NCBI GenBank assembly: GCA_964394715.1
Contig: CAYMYR010000007.1
Location: 498-64,497 of the forward strand
DNA: 64,000 nucleotides
Source: an uncultured Smithella sp.
Lineage (GTDB): Bacteria > Desulfobacterota > Syntrophia > Syntrophales > Smithellaceae
Reading direction: 5' to 3'
Of this stretch, positions 34,128 to 43,318 are shown one piece after another (the first letter of the stretch is position 1; every line of letters begins with the position of its first letter). The notes under the pieces were generated by a model that was given only the letters and a program-made list of their open reading frames with translations, was not told the DNA's origin and did not search any database. Both the position numbers and the translations under genes were made by a program.

Positions 34128-35324
34128 TTATTTCCGTAAAACCGCCCAGGATTCCTCGGCGATCATTTTCTCTTCATCCGTCGGTATGACGAAAACATTG
34201 ATCTTTGATTCCTGCGTGGATATGATCCTTTCGTCATCACCCCTGTCATTTTTGTCTTCATCAATGATGATGCCCAGCCAGGACAAGAAAGTGCAGATCC
34301 GCTGGCGCGTTTGCGGCGAGTGCTCACCGATCCCTGCCGTGAAGGCCAGGGCATCCAGTCCGTCGATGGCCGGAATGAGGGAACCTATACCCCGGGCCAC
34401 ACTGTATGCAAAAACGGTCAGTGCAAGGTGCGCCCGCTCATGGCCTTCGGCGGCCGCCTTTTCCAGGTCGCGAAAGTCAGGGGACAGGCCGGAAATACCC
34501 AGTACGCCGCTCTGCCGGTTCAGGATATCCATAACGCCGGCCATGGAGGATCTTTCCTTTTCCATGATGAACGAAACGACTGCCGGATCGATGTCTCCCG
34601 AGCGCGTACCCATGACGAGTCCCGACAACGGCGTAAATCCCATCGATGTATCCAGCGACTTGCCTCCCGCAACGGCGCAGAGACTGGAGCCGGCGCCGAG
34701 ATGACAGGTGATGATTCTCGGTGTTGCGGTCTTATCCTGCAGGAGTGCCGCCGTGCGGCGGGCGACATACCGGTGTGACGTTCCATGGAAACCGTAGCGA
34801 CGGATATGGTCCTCTGTATAATAACGATAAGGGATCGCGTAGGTGAAAGCATGCGCGGGCATGCTCTGGTGAAAAGCTGTATCGAACACCGCCACCTGGG
34901 GTACGCCGGGCATCAGGTTTGTGCAGACATCGATCCCCATCAGGTTCGGCGGATTATGGAGCGGCGCAAGTTTCTTCGTTGATTCGAGTATTTTGCGTAT
35001 GGCGGGATCGACGACAACAGAGGTGCGGAAATGTTCACCGCCGTGAACGACACGGTGCCCGACACCACCAATTTCCTTCATATCCGTCAGAATGCCTTGC
35101 CTGCCGTCAACCAGATGGGTCAGCAAGGCATGCACCGCATCATGATGGCTGGAAAGAGGCGTTTTGTCCAGAAAGGTTTCACGTCCCTGCACGTCATGTT
35201 GAAACAAGGCATCGGGCAGACCGATGCGGTCCGCCTGGCCCTGGGCCAGGACTTGGCTTGTCTCCATCTCGTAGAGCTTGTATTTGAGAGATGAGCTTCC
35301 GCAATTCAAGACCAGTATCTTCAT
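34128..35324 (-). CDS. ackA: Acetate kinase
   Basis: [35 protein letters not shown] and AFTAGIGE. The start lies 15 nt after the dsrP stop. Confidence 0.92.
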   Translation of the reverse strand: MKILVLNCGSSSLKYKLYEMETSQVLAQGQADRIGLPDALFQHDVQGRETFLDKTPLSSHHDAVHALLTHLVDGRQGILTDMKEIGGVGHRVVHGGEHFRTSVVVDPAIRKILESTKKLAPLHNPPNLMGIDVCTNLMPGVPQVAVFDTAFHQSMPAHAFTYAIPYRYYTEDHIRRYGFHGTSHRYVARRTAALLQDKTATPRIITCHLGAGSSLCAVAGGKSLDTSMGFTPLSGLVMGTRSGDIDPAVVSFIMEKERSSMAGVMDILNRQSGVLGISGLSPDFRDLEKAAAEGHERAHLALTVFAYSVARGIGSLIPAIDGLDALAFTAGIGEHSPQTRQRICTFLSWLGIIIDEDKNDRGDDERIISTQESKINVFVIPTDEEKMIAEESWAVLRK

Positions 35325-35339
35325 AAGATATAAACCTCA

Positions 35340-36527
35340 TTACTTTCCATTTGCAACAGGCCGGTTATCGTCACTGCCCGTTTCACTGTATACGCTGATA
35401 AAAATCTTATAAAGCAGGGTCAAAATCAGAAAACCTATCGCCCATACCCCTGCGGTAATGGCGATTTCCGCCCCCGTCGGGAAATATTCGGTAACGGTTT
35501 CCAGCGGCGAGGGGATGAAACCGGTTACGACCAGACCGAGGCCCTTTTCAATCCAGAGAGAAACAAATACAAAAACACAGGCGATGGCAAGCCACTCTTC
35601 CCTGCGGCGGATGGACGGGATGATCAGCATCGTCAGAGCGGCAAAGGCCAGTACGGCGGATGTCCACATCCAGGGCACAAGATTATGATGGTCATCCAGA
35701 CCTGCAAAAAGGTACTGGAAATGACGGGTTTGTTCCGGGATCTGACTGTAAAAGGCGGTAAACAGTTCCATGAGGACAAAAAAGATGCTTGCCGCCAGAG
35801 CATAAACCACGATCTTGGAAAGGGCCTGAATGGCCCTGTCGCCGGCGTCAAACCGTCCATAACGTTTCAGGATCAGGCAGAAAAGAATCAACAGAGCCGG
35901 ACCCGAAGCAAAGGCGGAAGCCAGGAATCGTGGTGCCATAATCGCTGTCAGCCAGAAACTTCTGCCGGGAAGACCTGCATAGATGAAGGCCGTTACCGTG
36001 TGGATGCTGATCGCCCAGGGAATCGAGAGATAGATCAGGGGCTTGATCCAGCCGGGGGGAGGGACTTCCCTTCGATTACAGGACAGGATCATCCAACCGG
36101 TAATGATGTTGATCAGGAGATAACCGGAAAGGACGATCATGTCCCAGAAAAGGATGGAGGTCGGCTGCGGATGCAGCAGGACATTCATGACGCGGGATGG
36201 CTGGCCGAGATCAACGAAGACGAACAGTATGCACATGATGACGGCGGCGACAGCCAGGAACTCACCCAGCACGGTGATCTTTCCGAATGCCTTGTAGTCA
36301 TGCAGGTAGTAGGGCAGTACCAGCATAACGGCCGACGCAGCAACACCTACCAGGAACGTGAACTGGGCGATATAAAGCCCCCAGGAAACGTCCCGGCTCA
36401 TTCCCGTAACGCCCAGACCGTAATCGAGCTGGTGCAGATAGAAGAGAACTCCTATTGTCATCATCACAAGCAGGAAGATGATCCAGATCCAGTATCCGCG
36501 GCTGCCTTTCAAGGCTTTTTCCAGCAT
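35340..36527 (-). CDS. dsrP: DsrP, NrfD/PsrC-like integral membrane subunit of DsrMKJOP
   Basis: 395 aa with about 10 hydrophobic helices. Positioned directly after dsrO. Confidence 0.85.
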   Translation of the reverse strand: MLEKALKGSRGYWIWIIFLLVMMTIGVLFYLHQLDYGLGVTGMSRDVSWGLYIAQFTFLVGVAASAVMLVLPYYLHDYKAFGKITVLGEFLAVAAVIMCILFVFVDLGQPSRVMNVLLHPQPTSILFWDMIVLSGYLLINIITGWMILSCNRREVPPPGWIKPLIYLSIPWAISIHTVTAFIYAGLPGRSFWLTAIMAPRFLASAFASGPALLILFCLILKRYGRFDAGDRAIQALSKIVVYALAASIFFVLMELFTAFYSQIPEQTRHFQYLFAGLDDHHNLVPWMWTSAVLAFAALTMLIIPSIRRREEWLAIACVFVFVSLWIEKGLGLVVTGFIPSPLETVTEYFPTGAEIAITAGVWAIGFLILTLLYKIFISVYSETGSDDNRPVANGK

Positions 36528-36534
36528 GGTGCCC

Positions 36535-37314
36535 TCATAATATATAATAAATCTGCGGCGCTGTGCCTAAATGCGCTTTTCTCCGCAGGTTAAAACGTTT
36601 TCCAATCAGCTTGCGGATGTCCGAAGTGGAATCATTCAGATCGCCAAACAAAATGGCGTTTTGCCGGCAGGCCAGAACACAGGCCGGCAGCTTTCCTTGA
36701 GCCAGCCTTTCTGCGCAGAAGTTGCACTTCTCCACGACACCTTTGGTACGCGTCGGGAAGTCGGGATTGATCTTCGTAATAAACGGCCGCGGGTCACGGA
36801 AATTCATGCTTCTTGCTCCGTAAGGGCAGGCGGCCATGCAAAGCCTGCAACCGATACAGCGGTGATAATCCATCATGACGATGCCATCGGGCCTCCGGAA
36901 TGTGGCCTTCGTGGGGCAGACCCGGACGCAGGGCGGATTTTCGCAGTGGTTGCATAAGACGGGCAGGCGCATCTTCTGCAGGCCCTGCTCCCGGTAGGGA
37001 TGATTTTCGTCGGGGAACACAGCGGCAAAAGGTTCGGTCCAGATCCATTTGACTTCATCTTTGGGGTTCCCGAAGTCCGGGACATTATGCACTGTATGGC
37101 AGGCGGTGATGCAGTCGGTGCAATCAGGGGGACATTTGGAGGCGTCAATCACCATGGCCCAGCGTTTGGCCATAAGTGCTTTCACGGGCGTGAAATCCTG
37201 ACCAGGAATCCGCACGGTCTCTCTGGCCCAAAGAGGGCTCAAAAGCGACGGCGTGACCAGTGTGAGGGCAGAGGCCCCAGCGATTTTTAAAAATTCTCGA
37301 CGGTTCGTGGTCAT
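36535..37314 (-). CDS. dsrO: DsrO, periplasmic 4Fe-4S ferredoxin-like subunit
   Basis: Start moved to ATG 37314 (an ATGA overlap with the dsrJ stop). Tat signal NRREFLK. Cluster motifs CNHCENPPCVRVCP, CIGCRLCMAACP and CNFCAERL. Confidence 0.88.
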   Translation of the reverse strand: MTTNRREFLKIAGASALTLVTPSLLSPLWARETVRIPGQDFTPVKALMAKRWAMVIDASKCPPDCTDCITACHTVHNVPDFGNPKDEVKWIWTEPFAAVFPDENHPYREQGLQKMRLPVLCNHCENPPCVRVCPTKATFRRPDGIVMMDYHRCIGCRLCMAACPYGARSMNFRDPRPFITKINPDFPTRTKGVVEKCNFCAERLAQGKLPACVLACRQNAILFGDLNDSTSDIRKLIGKRFNLRRKAHLGTAPQIYYIL

Positions 37315-37715
37315 TTTTTCACCTCTCCGGGAATCACGTGGCAATCAAAACAGGTGGGCTTGGCACCCACATAGTTATGGCAGCGGTCGCAGAACTGTTC
37401 CTTGTTCGAGTGGCACTGGATGCAGGTTCCGGTCAGGCTTTTTTCGAATCTGCGGCCGTCTTTCGCGGTGTATTCTCGCTTTCCTTCGCGGACGACCTCG
37501 TCGCGCCAGGCATTGAGCAGCTTCATATGGTTGGCGCGCATGAACGCCGTATCCTCCACACAGCGCTTTTCCTTCAATTGAGCAATGGCTGGCGTATCAA
37601 GGCTGAGCAGCACAGGAGCTATCGATTTCCCCCTGCCGTACCAGAAGGGGAAGGTGATCCCGATAAGAAAGATCACGAGTCCCAATGCTATCATGCCCCA
37701 TTTTTTATTTTTCAT
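37311..37715 (-). CDS. dsrJ: DsrJ, membrane-anchored triheme cytochrome c
   Basis: N-terminal hydrophobic anchor and three CxxCH motifs (CIQCH, CDRCH, CFDCH) within 134 aa. Confidence 0.88.
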   Translation of the reverse strand: MKNKKWGMIALGLVIFLIGITFPFWYGRGKSIAPVLLSLDTPAIAQLKEKRCVEDTAFMRANHMKLLNAWRDEVVREGKREYTAKDGRRFEKSLTGTCIQCHSNKEQFCDRCHNYVGAKPTCFDCHVIPGEVKK

Positions 37716-37777
37716 CTTTTCTATTTCCCGACGTAAAAACCCAGGTCGTCATTCCCTGCAAATCCATCTACCGTTCA

Positions 37778-39379
37778 CTATCCACTAATCCCATCCCCAC
37801 GCAGGTCCGTCGTTCTTTTCTTTTCTCCCGTCATGATTAGGGCATTGGCCAACAGTTCGTGAATACCCATGACGGAAACACCCGGGACCCAGTAGTCCAT
37901 AAGGGTGGTGAGCGTCGCCCGGTCAATCGCGCAGATGCAACCCAGGCGGTTCACACCGTGTTTTTTAACAACGTCCCGCACGGCCATGGCCCGCGGCATT
38001 CCACCGCGCATCCTCATTTCCATGTTTTCATCGTTGCCCAGCCCCGCCCCTGCGCCACAGCAGAAGGTTTTTTCGCGGATGGTGTCTTCGGCCATCTCAA
38101 AGAAATGGTTGCAGGCATTTTTAATAATATATCTCGGTTCCTCGAAAAGCCCCATGGCCCGCGCCGGGTTGCACGAATCATGGAAAGTCAGGCGGATATG
38201 ATCATTTCTCCGGGGATCTAATTTTAACTTCCCGTTCGCGATCAGGTCTGCCGTGAATTCGGTAATATGAACCATCTTTGTGGCCCGTGCGTTTTCAAAG
38301 CGTGTCCCCGTTATCGGGGAGACGGGTCCCGTGAGAAAATCAGCCGGCCCGTTCATCGTGTCCATGTACTGGTGAATTACGCGCCACATATGGCCGCACT
38401 CACCGCCGAGGATCCACTTTACGCCGAGGCGCTTCGCCTCCGCGTAAATCTTGGCGTTAAGGCGCTTGATCATGTCGTGGGATGTAAAGAGACCGAAATT
38501 GCCTCCTTCCGAGGCATAGGTGCTGAAGGTGTAATTGAGGCCGATTTCATGGAAAAGCATCATGTAGCCCATGCAGGTGTATGTGCCGGGGTCGGCAAAG
38601 TAGTCGGCGGACGGCGTAATGAAAAGAATGTCGGCACCCTTTTTGTTGAGGGGAACGTCCACCCGAACGCCCGTGCGGTCTTCGATATCATCGGCCATAA
38701 ACTCCAGCATGTCCTTGATCCCGCCGGGTTGGATGCCGAGGTGGTTGCCCGTCCGGAAGCAATTTGCTGCGGGTTCCAGAACCCAGTTGATGTTGCAGCC
38801 CACAAGGTTGAGCAGTTCACGGCCGATCATCGTGATTTCCGCCTGGTCGATGCCGTAGGGGCAGAAGACGGAGCAGCGCCGGCACTCTGTACACTGGTAG
38901 AAGTAGTAGAACCATTCCTTCAGGACGTCGACGGTCAGGTCCCTTGCGCCAACCAGTTTTCCGAAGCGTTTGCCCGACATCGTGAAGTAGCGCCGGTATA
39001 CGGAACGCAAGAGCTCGGCGCGCAGCACGGGCATGTTTTTGGGATCACCGGAACCGATATAAAAATGGCACTTGTCCGCGCAGGCTCCACAGCGCACGCA
39101 GATGTCCATGAACAGGCGGAAGGAACGGTACTTCTCCAGCCGCTCTTTCATGCCGTCTAAAATAATCTGTTTCCAGTTTTCCGGTAGTTTCCAGTCTTCG
39201 TCCGTGGGTTGCCAGGCCCGTGGATTGGGCAGGCCAAGGCTCACCAGATTCTTCGCGGCGGTGCTGTAGCTCCACGTTCCCGGACGGAAATCGACGGGCG
39301 TCTTCGTCCACTCGGACGCAGGCGGCGCGTAGTCGATGTTTATCAAGTCATCCGGTTTGGGTATCTTGGCAAATGACAT
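37778..39379 (-). CDS. dsrK: DsrK, HdrD-like catalytic Fe-S subunit
   Basis: CVRCGACADKC and CTECRRCSVFCP ferredoxin motifs, plus a C-terminal CCG domain (FCCGAGAGLG). Follows dsrM with a 2-nt gap. Confidence 0.9.
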   Translation of the reverse strand: MSFAKIPKPDDLINIDYAPPASEWTKTPVDFRPGTWSYSTAAKNLVSLGLPNPRAWQPTDEDWKLPENWKQIILDGMKERLEKYRSFRLFMDICVRCGACADKCHFYIGSGDPKNMPVLRAELLRSVYRRYFTMSGKRFGKLVGARDLTVDVLKEWFYYFYQCTECRRCSVFCPYGIDQAEITMIGRELLNLVGCNINWVLEPAANCFRTGNHLGIQPGGIKDMLEFMADDIEDRTGVRVDVPLNKKGADILFITPSADYFADPGTYTCMGYMMLFHEIGLNYTFSTYASEGGNFGLFTSHDMIKRLNAKIYAEAKRLGVKWILGGECGHMWRVIHQYMDTMNGPADFLTGPVSPITGTRFENARATKMVHITEFTADLIANGKLKLDPRRNDHIRLTFHDSCNPARAMGLFEEPRYIIKNACNHFFEMAEDTIREKTFCCGAGAGLGNDENMEMRMRGGMPRAMAVRDVVKKHGVNRLGCICAIDRATLTTLMDYWVPGVSVMGIHELLANALIMTGEKKRTTDLRGDGISG

Positions 39380-39381
39380 GG

Positions 39382-40383
39382 CTACTCCTTCTCCACCGGC
39401 AGACCGGCCGCCTTCATTTTATCCCGGAACTCGTCTTCATATTCTACATAAGTGTGCACCTTCACGGGAGCATTCCAGGGATTGATATGACGCTTCATCC
39501 GGCTTGTGTTGGCCAGGTTACGTGCAGGGCTCATGAATACGCCACCCATATGCATCAGTTTGCTGAAAGGCAGCCAGGCCATCAAAATAAAGACAAAACA
39601 AAGATGGATATAAAAAATAACGCTGATGTTTCCCGAAGCCACAGGGGCAAAGGTGACCCAGCCCATGGCCATGGTTTTCAACGCGTTGAGATCGACGGGG
39701 AAAAAGTGCCGCATCAAAAGCCCCGTGACGGCCACACCCGCGATTAACAACAGTACAACATAGTCCGTAACCAGCGAAATGTAGCGCAGTTGCGGAATGA
39801 TCACCCGACGCAGGAAAAGGAACGTGAGTCCGGCCAGAAGCGCGATGTCGCTCAGGTAGAGTGTGGGAACCCCGATTTCCAGAAATCCGTCCAGTGCGGA
39901 AACCATGCCGACACAGGGGGTGACCGGTTCGGTGAAAAAGCGCAGATGGCGGATGGCGACAATCAATAGTGAAAAATGAAACATCAGGCCGAATAACCAA
40001 AGCCACTTGGCGCCGTCGTATACGGGCCGTCCGCCGATAATCTTCACGGATGTGTTCCTGAACAATGACCGGAACAGAAATATCTCCTGCGCCATCCTTC
40101 CTAAGACACCCGGGGGGCCGGCGGGATTCTCCACCGGATTGGCTTTGATCCATGGCAACGATTTTTCCTGGCCGCATGTCGTGGGAATACGGAAAGGCAC
40201 GGGGGCTTTTCCCCATATTACAATGCGATACGCAAACCCGGCAAGCAGGATCACAAAAACAACATAAGGGATAACGCCGGTCAGAACTGAGATCATGGCC
40301 GGACTCATGGAAATCCCCAAAGCCAGCAGGATAACGATGGGAATCACCGTAACGGATATCAAGAATTTTGTCATAAATTTCAT
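39382..40383 (-). CDS. dsrM: DsrM, NarI-like dihaem b membrane subunit
   Basis: Start moved to ATG 40383 (MKFMTKF). Multi-TM protein with the conserved C-terminal segment LPFSKLMHMGGVFMSPARN typical of DsrM/HmeC. Confidence 0.88.
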   Translation of the reverse strand: MKFMTKFLISVTVIPIVILLALGISMSPAMISVLTGVIPYVVFVILLAGFAYRIVIWGKAPVPFRIPTTCGQEKSLPWIKANPVENPAGPPGVLGRMAQEIFLFRSLFRNTSVKIIGGRPVYDGAKWLWLFGLMFHFSLLIVAIRHLRFFTEPVTPCVGMVSALDGFLEIGVPTLYLSDIALLAGLTFLFLRRVIIPQLRYISLVTDYVVLLLIAGVAVTGLLMRHFFPVDLNALKTMAMGWVTFAPVASGNISVIFYIHLCFVFILMAWLPFSKLMHMGGVFMSPARNLANTSRMKRHINPWNAPVKVHTYVEYEDEFRDKMKAAGLPVEKE

Positions 40384-40393
40384 TTTCCTGCCT

Positions 40394-42004
40394 TCATCCC
40401 CATGAAGGTTTATCACCGAAACGGACGATCGGTTTCTTCATGCCGTCCAGAGCGTTAACAATCAGTTCGACCAGGCCTCCGTAATAGAGATTGCTGCGTT
40501 CGCCGGCATGGTAGTAGTCAATGATATCACGGATGGCTCCCTTGCAGTTCGAGCAGGGAGCACAGACATATTTCGGAACTTCCCGGGGTTCATCACGGAA
40601 GGCTTCCAGAATCTGTAAAAATTTTTTGCGGCTGCTCACCAGATTTCGCCATTCGGCAAAGTTATATCCGGACATGATCGCAAAACCGGAACCGCCGCCA
40701 CAGCAATAGTTTTCGACGCCATGCGGTGTCATTTCCCGGAATTGAGGCGCAATTTTTCTTAGGATTCTTCTTTGCGGCTCAACAATTCCCATGGCCCGAA
40801 CGACATTGCAGGGATCATGCAGTGTGACGGGAAAATTGTTTTTGCCGGGGTCAAATTTCAGCTTTCCGCTCATCACGATGTTTTCCAGGGTGACCATCGC
40901 CGATTCCCGGGGAATGTTGAGACTGCCCGAAAGCAGGCGGTCGGCAATGACGGTAAGCGCTTTATGCGCGTGACCGCATTCTCCAACAACAATCTTTTTG
41001 ACTCTGAGCCTGCGTGCAATTTCAGCGTGCCGGATGGCAACGCGCGCCAGTTGAACATCATCATACCACAGGCCGTAGTTGACGCCGTCATAGCCGACTT
41101 CTTCAGAAGATAAGGTCCAGGAAATGCCGGCGACCTGAAAAATAATGGCAAAGGCCCCGACATTTTCCGGCCAGGAAAGGATCTCTCCTGCATTGTGAAT
41201 CAGCAGAATATCCGCTCCTTTAACGTCCCATGGGATATCAACTTTATAACCTGTAATTTCTTCCATCTCCTCCTGAATGAATTCCATGCTGTCCCTGGCG
41301 GCCGGGGGTTTCATTCCGGTTGTCGAACCGACCCGTAAATGCTGAACGGTCCCTTTTTCATGGAGTTCCTTGGGAGCAATGCCCATCTCCTGGGAAAAGA
41401 GCTTCCGGATTTCGTGATTAATAAGTCCATTATCAACGCCGATGGGACAAACCGTGGCACAACGCCGGCAAAGCGTGCAGCGATAGGATAATTCGGCCAG
41501 GCGGGCAATGGTTGTCCAGTTCAGATCAATGTCACCGGTCAACCGGGCCGTGATCTTTCCGCCGGGTTTTAAATATTTCCGATATATTCGACGCAATACT
41601 TCCGACCGGAAGATGGGCCGGTAAATTTCCTTCCGGCCACTCATCTCATAGACGGGACAAGCATCGGAGCAGGTGTGACATCTGGCGCAGTGTTCCATCG
41701 AAAGCATCAGCGGCTGTAAAAACGTCCAGTTGTTTTTCTTTTCAAAAAGTCTTTTCAGACCGGAAAGAAATTGCGCAACGAGTGCCTCTTCTTCCTCTAT
41801 ACCTGCGGGCCTGGGAAGGCCGATAGCCACGGTGTCGTCCAGGGAGGATTCAATATTTTTTGTCTTTTCAGGTTTCAAAGGCAGCAGCGTCGTCTGATTG
41901 AAATCTTCGTATGGAGACGGCAGAGGCGAAAGCTCGCCGGACTCAATGTGACACAGGCATTCGGACGCATTGGCGATATCGGAAGGTTTCAGGAGAGTTT
42001 TCAT
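40394..42004 (-). CDS. Second DsrK/HdrD-like Fe-S protein (paralogue)
   Basis: CARCHTCSDACP, CTLCRRCATVCP and the CCG motif YCCGGGSGF. 536 aa. The start overlaps the upstream membrane gene in an ATGA arrangement. Confidence 0.8.
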   Translation of the reverse strand: MKTLLKPSDIANASECLCHIESGELSPLPSPYEDFNQTTLLPLKPEKTKNIESSLDDTVAIGLPRPAGIEEEEALVAQFLSGLKRLFEKKNNWTFLQPLMLSMEHCARCHTCSDACPVYEMSGRKEIYRPIFRSEVLRRIYRKYLKPGGKITARLTGDIDLNWTTIARLAELSYRCTLCRRCATVCPIGVDNGLINHEIRKLFSQEMGIAPKELHEKGTVQHLRVGSTTGMKPPAARDSMEFIQEEMEEITGYKVDIPWDVKGADILLIHNAGEILSWPENVGAFAIIFQVAGISWTLSSEEVGYDGVNYGLWYDDVQLARVAIRHAEIARRLRVKKIVVGECGHAHKALTVIADRLLSGSLNIPRESAMVTLENIVMSGKLKFDPGKNNFPVTLHDPCNVVRAMGIVEPQRRILRKIAPQFREMTPHGVENYCCGGGSGFAIMSGYNFAEWRNLVSSRKKFLQILEAFRDEPREVPKYVCAPCSNCKGAIRDIIDYYHAGERSNLYYGGLVELIVNALDGMKKPIVRFGDKPSWG

Positions 42005-42945
42005 TTCGTCTCCTTCGGGTCTGCTGAGGCAATGTCACGCCAGGATTTCTGTCCGTCCGCTCCGATATGTTTGGCCTGCCAGGTCGGTTTATATTGCATA
42101 TTCTGCATGGTTGCCGATTCGATGCGCGTGCCGGGCCTGCTGGGCTCATCGTCCCATTTGACGCTGTGGTAAAGAAAATACTTCATAAACATATGCGACA
42201 TGTGTGTGAGCGGGATATATGCGACGAGCAGCGAGGCCAGCACTATGGTCAGGGCGCCGGAGACCGTCTGTCCCGGCGCATAGGCCCTGCCGGTTTCGCC
42301 TGCGGTCAGCAGGTCGAGTACGTAAGCCTTGGCCCCGTCCAGGAAGGGGTCGCCGGGGAGGGCGGCAAGGATTGCGATCAGGAAGAAAAGGAGAATCGCG
42401 CCGAGATTGGCGTAGTCGGCAAACGTCGAATAGCTTTTCAAGTCAGGATCGGTCAGCCGCCGGTACAGGAGCCCCAGGCTCCCGACCGTTCCGGCAATCA
42501 TTCCGGTCCAGCCGGAGAAAGCAATCAGGTAATCCATCCATGGTCTGAAGGCGCCGCCTGCGGCAAAGGACGGAAATCCCCACAGGGTAAAGCCGGCGTT
42601 GAGCAGCATCAGGATGAACGTGACAGTCATCAGGTACAGTCCCAGATGGAAGGGAAAAGAGACGTACCACAGTCGTTTGTTTGCCTTCCTAAGACCCTTC
42701 AGGAGCAAAATCTCCGGTGCCATGTATTTCAATTCGTTGAGCCGGGACGTTTCATAGGGACGATTCCACCAGTCCATGTTTTCCATGTAGGAACCGCCGT
42801 AAACATTTCTTGGATTGGTTTCATGACGCACCGGGTAGATCTCCCAGCGCACATGCAGCGGAAGGGTCAGGTGCCTGTATAATCGGCAGCCGGCCGCTAC
42901 AGCGAAAACGGCAACGCAAAAATATGTAAAAATAAAATATGCCAT
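42001..42945 (-). CDS. Second DsrM/NarI-like membrane protein (divergent paralogue)
   Basis: Start moved to ATG 42945 (MAYFIFTYF), because the track start 43074 would overlap dsrC. Has 5-6 hydrophobic helices, a conserved IPLTHMSHMFMKYF segment and a hydrophilic C-terminal tail. Confidence 0.7.
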   Translation of the reverse strand: MAYFIFTYFCVAVFAVAAGCRLYRHLTLPLHVRWEIYPVRHETNPRNVYGGSYMENMDWWNRPYETSRLNELKYMAPEILLLKGLRKANKRLWYVSFPFHLGLYLMTVTFILMLLNAGFTLWGFPSFAAGGAFRPWMDYLIAFSGWTGMIAGTVGSLGLLYRRLTDPDLKSYSTFADYANLGAILLFFLIAILAALPGDPFLDGAKAYVLDLLTAGETGRAYAPGQTVSGALTIVLASLLVAYIPLTHMSHMFMKYFLYHSVKWDDEPSRPGTRIESATMQNMQYKPTWQAKHIGADGQKSWRDIASADPKETK

Positions 42946-42997
42946 AGGGTGTTCCCTTTTGCTCACCTGATGCAGGCGACCGGCATAGTTGATCCGG

Positions 42998-43318
42998 TCA
43001 GACGCAACCTGTCGGCTTCGAAAGGCCTGCGAGTTTGCAGGCGCCTTTGGCCGGGCCGGTAGGAAAGAGCTCATAGAGCTTTTTCATATCAATCTTCAGG
43101 TCCTTGCAGATCTTCCGGATCATCGGCGCAATGCCGAACTGCTGGAAATAATCGCGCAGGTAGTTGATTACCCGCCAATGTTCTTCCGTCAGCTCTCCTT
43201 CAATCTCTTCCGTATGGGCGTAAGCATTGGCAAATTCTTCGCTCCACTTGTCGAGTTCCTGCAGAAATCCGTCTTCATCCACTTCATACGTTTTGCCTGC
43301 TAATTCAATCTGCGGCAT
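42998..43318 (-). CDS. dsrC: DsrC, sulfur-carrier/trisulfide protein of sulfite reduction
   Basis: 106 aa ending CKLAGLSKPTGCV, which has both conserved cysteines on the C-terminal arm. Confidence 0.92.
   Translation of the reverse strand: MPQIELAGKTYEVDEDGFLQELDKWSEEFANAYAHTEEIEGELTEEHWRVINYLRDYFQQFGIAPMIRKICKDLKIDMKKLYELFPTGPAKGACKLAGLSKPTGCV

Noticed and set aside
35685-39160. Long plus-strand ORFs antisense to dsrP (35685..36593) and dsrK (38267..39160)
   Set aside because: The opposite-strand frames carry the diagnostic Dsr motifs. The antisense products have no motifs and biased composition.
42946-43074. N-terminal 43 codons of track ORF 42001..43074
   Set aside because: The extension would overlap the 3' end of dsrC by 77 nt and is hydrophilic with no family resemblance. 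The internal ATG at 42945 begins the first TM helix and leaves a 52-nt gap after dsrC. Similar trimming was applied to 31467..32420, 32296..34128, 29736..31460, 36535..37344, 39382..40416 and 57456..60500.
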